DNA from: an uncultured delta proteobacterium
GTDB taxonomy: Bacteria; Desulfobacterota; Binatia; UBA9968
Direction of reading: 5' to 3'
Length of the DNA: 64,000 bases
Assembly (NCBI GenBank): GCA_963847445.1
Contig: CAWJZV010000006.1
Span: forward strand, 96,001-160,000
The notes below the pieces were generated by a model. That model saw only the letters and a program-made list of their open reading frames with translations, was not told the origin of the DNA and ran no database searches. Below are positions 57,553 through 64,000 of the stretch, piece by piece (the first letter of the stretch is position 1; every line of letters starts with the position of its first letter). The position numbers and the translations under genes are program-made.

Positions 57553-58599
57553 ATGGATTTCGTCGAAACCGAAGGCGATAACATCGACGCCGCCATCGAA
57601 AACGCGCTGAAGGCACTCGGCGTCGGGCGCGAAAAGATCACCGTCGATATCATTTCGGAAGGACGCAAGGGGATACTCGGTTTTGGCGCGCAGAAAGCGA
57701 AGGTTCGTGCTTCGCTGCGCAAGCTCAATCTTGAACCCGACCCGACGCCCGCCAAACCCCAGGCCGCGCAGACCCAGCAGGCACCGGCAAGAGCAGCGGA
57801 GCCCAGACCGCGGCCTCCAGAGCGGCGCCCGGCCGAATCGCGCCGAGCGGAACCACCAAGAGCCGAGTCGCGCGCCAGGGCGCCGGAACCTAGACCGCGA
57901 CCGCCTGAGCCGCGTTTCCGGCCTGAACCACGTCCGGCCCAGGCTCCTTCGCCCCGTCCGCCAGCGGAACCGCGCGCGGCCGACGCGCCGCCGCCGCTGA
58001 CACCAGCGGAGGTCGAGGCGATGGTCGCCAAGGCGAAGACGGCGCTGGCTGAGATTCTAAATTTAATGGGCATGAACGCGACGGTCGCAGAAAAAGCCGG
58101 CGTCGACAGCGAGGAAACGATCCTCGAGGTCAAGAGCGATAACAGCGGCTTGATCATTGGCCGCAAGGGACAGACCTTAGAAGCGTTGCAATACCTGATC
58201 ACCCGCATCGCCGGCGAACGGCCCGGCAATGAAGCGCCGCATGTCGTCATCGATATCGAGAACTACCACGAGCGCCGTCGCCAGACCTTGCAAGACATGG
58301 CGCTGCGCTTGGGCGAGAAGGCCAAACGCCAGCGCAAGACTGTCACCATCGATGCGCTCAGCGCAGCGGATCGCCGGGTCGTTCATGCGGCGCTGCAAGA
58401 CGATCCTTGGTTGACCACGCGCAGTCTCGGCCAGGGCGCTTATCGCCGCTTGCTGATCATTCCCGAGGGTGATCGTAAAATAAAAGATGATGGCCCTGCA
58501 CCGGCGCAAGAGCGCGAGGGCGAACGGCCGCAGAGAAGCAAGCGGCCTAATCCGCCGCAGCCGGATGAACCAGAAGAAGATGATAGCGGTGCTTCGTAG
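57553..58599 (+). CDS. jag: RNA-binding protein Jag/EloR (KH + R3H)
   Basis: Jag_N (GILGFG), IIGRKGQTLEALQ, RRVVH; follows yidC. Confidence 0.92.
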   Translation: MDFVETEGDNIDAAIENALKALGVGREKITVDIISEGRKGILGFGAQKAKVRASLRKLNLEPDPTPAKPQAAQTQQAPARAAEPRPRPPERRPAESRRAEPPRAESRARAPEPRPRPPEPRFRPEPRPAQAPSPRPPAEPRAADAPPPLTPAEVEAMVAKAKTALAEILNLMGMNATVAEKAGVDSEETILEVKSDNSGLIIGRKGQTLEALQYLITRIAGERPGNEAPHVVIDIENYHERRRQTLQDMALRLGEKAKRQRKTVTIDALSAADRRVVHAALQDDPWLTTRSLGQGAYRRLLIIPEGDRKIKDDGPAPAQEREGERPQRSKRPNPPQPDEPEEDDSGAS

Positions 58600-58749
58600 T
58601 CTGGCGCGGACGCAGTAGCGGAGGATTCGAAGAGTTGACCAGGATGGACATGGTTCGACGGCGGTCACTACAGGCTCCGATCACGATGTTCGGAATTTTA
58701 GTGATCCAAATACTTCGTTAAGTTCTCGTTACGGCGCAAATTTGTTAAG

Positions 58750-58778
58750 TTGACCCCAATGAATCGGTTCTCTATAGT
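58750..58778 (+). promoter_or_regulatory. Sigma70 promoter of ispG (predicted leaderless)
   Basis: TTGACC-N17-TATAGT, 6 nt before ATG. Confidence 0.7.
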
Positions 58779-58784
58779 CGAGCC

Positions 58785-59882
58785 ATGATTGAGCGACGCA
58801 AGACCAGGCAGATTGAGCTGGGCAAAGTGAAAGTCGGCGGCGACGCGCCGATCACGGTCCAGTCGATGACCAAGACCGACACCCGCGACGTGCGCGCCAC
58901 GGTGCAGCAGATCTGGTCCTTGGAAGCGGCTGGTTGCGAAATCGTCCGCTGTGCCGTGCCGGTGCGCGAAGCGGCCGAGCAGCTTGGTGAAATCAAGAAA
59001 AAAATCCGCATTCCGTTGGTCGCCGACATCCATTTCAATTACAAACTGGCGTTGATCGCCATCGAGCAGGGCGTCGACGGCCTGCGCCTCAATCCCGGCA
59101 ACATCGGCGCTCGCAAGTATGTCGAAGAAGTGGTCAAGGCCGCGTCCGAGCGCAAGATTCCCATCCGCATCGGCGTCAACGCCGGCTCGCTGGAAAAAGA
59201 CTTGCTGCAAAAGTACAACGGCCCGACGGCTGAAGGCATGGTCGAAAGCGGTCTGCGCCATATTCATATTCTCGAAGATGTCGGTTATTCCGAGATCAAG
59301 ATTTCCCTCAAAGCTTCCGATCCGTTGATGATGATCGAAGCCTATCGCATGCTCGCCGACCAGGTGAACTATGCATTTCATCTCGGTGTGACCGAGGCGG
59401 GGACACCGGGCATCGGCACGATCAAATCCGCCGTCGGCTTAGGCACGCTCTTGGCCGAAGGTATCGGCGACACCATTCGCGTGTCGTTGGCGGCTGACCC
59501 GGTGGAAGAAGTGCGGATCGGTTTGGAAATTTTGAAAGCGCTCAAGCTGCGCAAGGACGGCATGACCTTTGTCGCCTGTCCGTCCTGCGGCCGCGCCGAT
59601 GTCGATCTTATAGCGCTGGCGAAGGCGGTGGAAGAGCGCATGCTGCCGTACAGCAATCAAAACATCCATGTCGCGGTGATGGGTTGCGAAGTCAACGGTC
59701 CGGGCGAAGCGCGGGCGGCGGATCTCGGCGTTGCCGGCGGCAAGGGCATCGGTCTGATCTTCAAGCGCGGCGAAGTCATTCGCAAAGTTCCCGAAGCGCA
59801 GATCGTCGATGCGCTGATGGAAGAAGTCGCCAAGTTCGCCGCCGAAAAAGCCGCTGAAGCCTCGACGGCCGCGCTCAACTGA
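58785..59882 (+). CDS. ispG: 4-hydroxy-3-methylbut-2-en-1-yl diphosphate synthase
   Basis: PITVQSMT, LVADIHF, RLNPGNIG, CPSCGR, VMGCEVNGPGE. Confidence 0.97.
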   Translation: MIERRKTRQIELGKVKVGGDAPITVQSMTKTDTRDVRATVQQIWSLEAAGCEIVRCAVPVREAAEQLGEIKKKIRIPLVADIHFNYKLALIAIEQGVDGLRLNPGNIGARKYVEEVVKAASERKIPIRIGVNAGSLEKDLLQKYNGPTAEGMVESGLRHIHILEDVGYSEIKISLKASDPLMMIEAYRMLADQVNYAFHLGVTEAGTPGIGTIKSAVGLGTLLAEGIGDTIRVSLAADPVEEVRIGLEILKALKLRKDGMTFVACPSCGRADVDLIALAKAVEERMLPYSNQNIHVAVMGCEVNGPGEARAADLGVAGGKGIGLIFKRGEVIRKVPEAQIVDALMEEVAKFAAEKAAEASTAALN

Positions 59883-59927
59883 GCTTTTCTGTCTCGTTCG
59901 ACATTGCCCATTCTCAATCGAGCTACT

Positions 59928-61655
59928 ATGCGTTGGAGTAAAACCCTCATCCCGACATTGAAAGAAGACCCGGCGGACGCCGAGGTCATCAGTCACAAGC
60001 TCTTGATGCGCGCCGGCTACATTCGCCAGGTCAGCCGCGGCATCTACGATTACTTTCCGTTGGCTCTCAAAGTCATTCGTAAGATCGAAACCATCGTGCG
60101 CCAGGAAATGGACCGCGCCGGCGCGCAAGAACTTTTGCTGCCGATTGCCGCGCCCGCCGAACTGTGGCAGGAGAGCGGCCGCTGGGAGTTTTACGGCAAA
60201 GAACTGCTGCGCTTCAAGGACCGCCATGAGCGCGATTTCTGCCTCGGTCCGACCCATGAAGAGCTAATCACTGATTTAGTCCGGCGCTCGGTGCGCTCCT
60301 ATCGTGAGCTGCCAATCAATTTGTACCAGCTGCAGACCAAGTTTCGCGATGAAGTGCGACCGCGCTTCGGTTTGATGCGCGGGCGCGAGTTCATTATGAA
60401 GGACGCCTACAGTTTTCACACCGATGTCGAGGATTGCCGGCGCGAATACGACAACATGTATCAGACCTACAAGCGCATCTTCAGCCGCTGCGGTCTGAGC
60501 TACCGTCCGGTGGAAGCGGACACCGGCGCCATCGGCGGCAGCCTGTCCCATGAGTTTCAAGTGCTGGCCGCGTCCGGTGAAGACGCCATCGTTAGCTGCG
60601 ACGGCTGCGAGTACGCCGCCAACGTCGAAAAGGCCGAAGTCAAAGGCAGGCCGCCGGCGGCGCGGGATATTTCCCAGGAATCCCCTAAGCTGAACAAGGT
60701 CGCCACACCGGGTAAAAAGACCGTGCCCGAGGTCGCCGAGTTGCTAAAATTACCTGCCAATCAATTCATCAAGACGCTGGTTTACAAGACCGATGGCGGC
60801 GACTTGATCGCGGCGCTGGTGCGCGGCGATCATGAAATCAACGAACTGAAACTGCGCACGGTGCTCGGCTGCCGCGAAGTAACCCTAGCCGACGAAACCG
60901 CGGTGACGGCGGCGACGGGTGTGGTGCCCGGCTATATGGGGCCGATTGGTTTGCAGTTGCGCATCGTCGCCGATCTGTCGGTGCATGGCATGCGCGGCGC
61001 GGTCACCGGCGCCAACGAAGCCAATTTCCATTATATCGATATCGATCAGGAGCGCGACTTCACGCCGAGTGCGTTCGCCGACTTGCGCCTTGCCGTGGCG
61101 GGCGATCCTTGTCCGCGCTGTGAGTCGGGCAAGCTGCAGACCCATCGCGGCATTGAAGTGGGCCAAGTTTTTTATCTCGGCACCAAGTACAGCGAGAAGA
61201 TGGGCGCGACCTATCTCGACGCCGAAGGCCGTGAGCAGGCCATCGAGATGGGCTGTTATGGCATCGGCATCAGCCGCATGGTCGCTGCCGCGGTCGAGCA
61301 GAACCACGATGCCAACGGCATCATCTGGCCGTTGTCCATTGCGCCGTTTCAAGTGCTCGTCCTGCCGATCAATTACAAAGAAGAAAAACTGCGCGATGCC
61401 GCCGAGAAACTTTATCTAGAGTTGCAGCGCGCCGGCGTTGAAGTGATGCTCGACGATCGCGATGAGCGCGCCGGGGTCAAGTTTAAAGACGCCGACCTGA
61501 TCGGCATCCCGCTGCGCGTCACCATCGGCGCCAAGGCCCTAGACAAAGGCTGTATCGAGCTGCGTAACCGGCGCAACGGCAAGACCGACGAAGTGGCGCT
61601 CGGCGAGGCGGTAAAATCCATTCAAACCATCATCGCCCAGGCGGTCCAGGGATAA
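59928..61655 (+). CDS. proS: Proline--tRNA ligase
   Basis: LGPTHEE, KFRDEVRPRFGLMRGREF, MGCYGIG. Confidence 0.97.
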   Translation: MRWSKTLIPTLKEDPADAEVISHKLLMRAGYIRQVSRGIYDYFPLALKVIRKIETIVRQEMDRAGAQELLLPIAAPAELWQESGRWEFYGKELLRFKDRHERDFCLGPTHEELITDLVRRSVRSYRELPINLYQLQTKFRDEVRPRFGLMRGREFIMKDAYSFHTDVEDCRREYDNMYQTYKRIFSRCGLSYRPVEADTGAIGGSLSHEFQVLAASGEDAIVSCDGCEYAANVEKAEVKGRPPAARDISQESPKLNKVATPGKKTVPEVAELLKLPANQFIKTLVYKTDGGDLIAALVRGDHEINELKLRTVLGCREVTLADETAVTAATGVVPGYMGPIGLQLRIVADLSVHGMRGAVTGANEANFHYIDIDQERDFTPSAFADLRLAVAGDPCPRCESGKLQTHRGIEVGQVFYLGTKYSEKMGATYLDAEGREQAIEMGCYGIGISRMVAAAVEQNHDANGIIWPLSIAPFQVLVLPINYKEEKLRDAAEKLYLELQRAGVEVMLDDRDERAGVKFKDADLIGIPLRVTIGAKALDKGCIELRNRRNGKTDEVALGEAVKSIQTIIAQAVQG

Positions 61656-61658
61656 GCC

Positions 61659-62414
61659 ATGACCTCGAAGCTCGAGCTGGTACGTAAACATGGTTCCATG
61701 CGCGAGCGATTGATCGTCGCCCTCGACGTCGATGACTTGGAACAGGCCGCCGAGTTAGTGCGCCAGCTCGCCGGCGAAGTCGGCATGTTCAAAATCGGCA
61801 AGCAGCTCTTCACCCACGCCGGGCCGCAGGCGGTGCGGCAGATTCAAGAGCTGGGCGGCGAGATCTTTCTCGACCTCAAGTTCCACGACATTCCCAATAC
61901 CGTCGCGAAAGCGGCCATCGAAGCGACCCGGCTCGGCGTGAAAATGTTCAACGTCCACGCCTCGGGCAGCTTGGAGATGATGCGCCTGACCGCCAAGGAA
62001 GTAAGACGGGTGTGCCGGCAGCAAAAGCTGCGCAAGCCGATCATGCTGGCGGTCACCGTGCTGACGAGCTTGAACCAAGACGATCTGCAGCGCGTCGGCG
62101 TCGAGCGCAAGGTCGCCGATCAGGTGGTGCGTTTAGCTCTGCTTACCAAGGAAGCGGGGATGGATGGTGTAGTCGCTTCGCCTCATGAAGTGGCGGATAT
62201 CCGCGAGGCCTGCGGCCGGCGCTTCGTCATCGTCACGCCGGGGATTCGCCCGTCAGATGGCAATCGCAACGACCAACAGCGCGTCATGACACCGCAAAAT
62301 GCCGTGCGCGGCGGCGTCGACTACATCGTCGTCGGCCGGCCGATTATCGAAGCCAAAGATCCGGTGGCCGCCGCCCGCGCCATCGTCGCCGACATGCAGC
62401 TGGGCGCCAAGTAG
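61659..62414 (+). CDS. pyrF: Orotidine-5'-phosphate decarboxylase
   Basis: LIVALD, FLDLKFHDIPNTV, VTPGIRP, VVGRPI. Confidence 0.97.
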   Translation: MTSKLELVRKHGSMRERLIVALDVDDLEQAAELVRQLAGEVGMFKIGKQLFTHAGPQAVRQIQELGGEIFLDLKFHDIPNTVAKAAIEATRLGVKMFNVHASGSLEMMRLTAKEVRRVCRQQKLRKPIMLAVTVLTSLNQDDLQRVGVERKVADQVVRLALLTKEAGMDGVVASPHEVADIREACGRRFVIVTPGIRPSDGNRNDQQRVMTPQNAVRGGVDYIVVGRPIIEAKDPVAAARAIVADMQLGAK

Positions 62415-62493
62415 CCTCATAGCCTCGCTGGCGCGAGACATTTCACATTGCAAATTTCACACGGCAAATTTCGGGTTGGCTGAGATTCGCCTG

Positions 62494-63288
62494 CTACGCT
62501 TTCCAATACCGATAGAAATGATGCACCGGGCTGTGGCCTGAGCCAATCCGGTAGCTGTGGCGCAACGCATCGGTGATGTAGCTTTTCGCGTTGGTCACTG
62601 CCGCGACAATATCCTGGCCTTTGGCCAGGTTCGCCGCGATGGCGGCGGAGAGAGTGCAGCCGGTGCCATGGGTGTTTTTGGTAACGATGCGCGGCGCGTT
62701 GAGCGCGGTGAACTTTTTACCATCGTAAAAAAGATCCATGGCTGACCCTTTGAGATGGCCGCCTTTGATGAGCACGGTTTTTGCGCCCATCTTGACGATT
62801 CGTTTTGCCGCTTCCTTAGTTTCCTCCGCGCTGCGAAGCTTCATGCCGGTGAGCACCTCGGCTTCTGGAATATTCGGCGTGACGACAGTGGCTAATGGAA
62901 TCAGTTTACTGCGCAGCGCGGCGACGGCGCTTTTTTCAATCAGCAAATCGCCCGAGGTCGCAACCATCACCGGATCGACGACGATATGCTTTAAGCGATG
63001 CTGGCGAATCTTCTTTGCCACCAGGTCGATGATCGCAGCGTTAGCGAGCATACCGGTCTTCACCGCATGGGCGCCGATGTCGGCGATGATCGCGTCGATC
63101 TGCGCGCCGACGAGTTTGGCATTGACCGCCAACACGGCCGTGACGCCAATGGTATTCTGCGCCGTGATCGCAGTGATCGCCGAGGTGCCGTAGACGCCAT
63201 GGGCGGCGAAGGTTTTCAGATCGGCTTGGATGCCGGCGCCGGCGCCGGAGTCCGAGCCGGCGATGGTGAGGGCTTTGCGGATGGTCAT
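62494..63288 (-). CDS. thiD: Hydroxymethylpyrimidine/phosphomethylpyrimidine kinase
   Basis: [40 protein letters not shown]. Confidence 0.96.
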   Translation of the reverse strand: MTIRKALTIAGSDSGAGAGIQADLKTFAAHGVYGTSAITAITAQNTIGVTAVLAVNAKLVGAQIDAIIADIGAHAVKTGMLANAAIIDLVAKKIRQHRLKHIVVDPVMVATSGDLLIEKSAVAALRSKLIPLATVVTPNIPEAEVLTGMKLRSAEETKEAAKRIVKMGAKTVLIKGGHLKGSAMDLFYDGKKFTALNAPRIVTKNTHGTGCTLSAAIAANLAKGQDIVAAVTNAKSYITDALRHSYRIGSGHSPVHHFYRYWKA

Positions 63289-64000
63289 GATGATTTCGCG
63301 TCGCGCATGATCAGTCGATTGTAGAGTTGCACGAGTTCAGCGGTGCGCTCGCCCCATTTCTCGTGGGATACCACTTGTTGCTTACGCGGTCCGGGGTCGA
63401 CTTGATACTTGACGTCTTTGCGGCTCACCCAGCGCCCCTGGTTGGCCATGATCTCTTGGGCTTTTTTCGCCAGCATGAAGTCGACGAAGAGCGCCGCCCC
63501 GTGCGGATGGGGCGGCCGGGCAGCGACCCAGAATCCCTGCGGGATCATCACTGGGATGAACGGCTCGGGAAATATATATTCGATCGGCGCGCCTTTTTTC
63601 TTTAGATCGTGGGCCAAATGATTCGAGCCGTCGACCATGATGGAGAATTCACCGGCGGCCACCAGTTGGCCGACTAGTGTAGTACCGCGGCGAAAACCGG
63701 GCTCCTGCTTGCCCAAGGCTTCTGCCATGCGCCGGCCCTCCGTGTCGCCGTAATGATCGAGCATGGCGGCAAGCAGGTCGTAGGACTCGTTGTCCATGGC
63801 GAGCTTGCCCTTCCACTTGGGCTCGAGCAGATTGGCAAAGGATTTCGGGTAGTCTTTCGGCGCGACCAAATTCTTGTTGACGATGAACATGAAGGCGCGC
63901 GTAAAGGTGGCGTTGAAATAGCCCTCTTGATCGACGAAGCCGGGGCGGAGAAATTCCCGCAGCGGCGTACGGTAGCGCATGATCACGCCCGCTTTGCGCG
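63285..64000 (-). CDS. Extracellular solute-binding protein (Fe3+/AfuA-like); 5' end outside the window
   Basis: [30 protein letters not shown]. Confidence 0.85.
   Translation of the reverse strand, partial: RKAGVIMRYRTPLREFLRPGFVDQEGYFNATFTRAFMFIVNKNLVAPKDYPKSFANLLEPKWKGKLAMDNESYDLLAAMLDHYGDTEGRRMAEALGKQEPGFRRGTTLVGQLVAAGEFSIMVDGSNHLAHDLKKKGAPIEYIFPEPFIPVMIPQGFWVAARPPHPHGAALFVDFMLAKKAQEIMANQGRWVSRKDVKYQVDPGPRKQQVVSHEKWGERTAELVQLYNRLIMRDAKSS

Overview
GC-rich bacterial chromosomal window. Gene content suggests a Deltaproteobacteria-like lineage, probably Candidatus Binatia (inferred from many orphan solute-binding proteins and an uncharacterised paralog pair; not verified). The right third is housekeeping: gyrB-gyrA-gpsA-rpmH-rnpA-yidD-yidC-jag-ispG-proS-pyrF, plus thiD. 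Upstream of it lies a cobalamin uptake/salvage cluster (cobS-like, AEC transporter, riboswitch, tonB, riboswitch, btuB-btuF-btuC-btuD, cobQ). The rest holds proteases (two HtrA, Lon-like, PepF, M48-TPR), glgP, mltG, MoxR, panE, a RibB fusion, two acyl-CoA dehydrogenases and a small toxin-antitoxin-like pair. Many single-base frameshifts and three abrupt gene junctions point to long-read or assembly errors. The best novelty candidate is at 1.4-3.7 kb: a sigma54-driven orphan Flp pilin flanked by two paralogous exported proteins. Each paralog fuses a membrane-fusion-protein-like alpha-hairpin (RLS motif) to a putative LAS-type zinc peptidase domain. Other candidates are two unassigned structured RNAs, a cobalamin riboswitch with a hairpin insertion, a degenerate CobS and pervasive leaderless genes.
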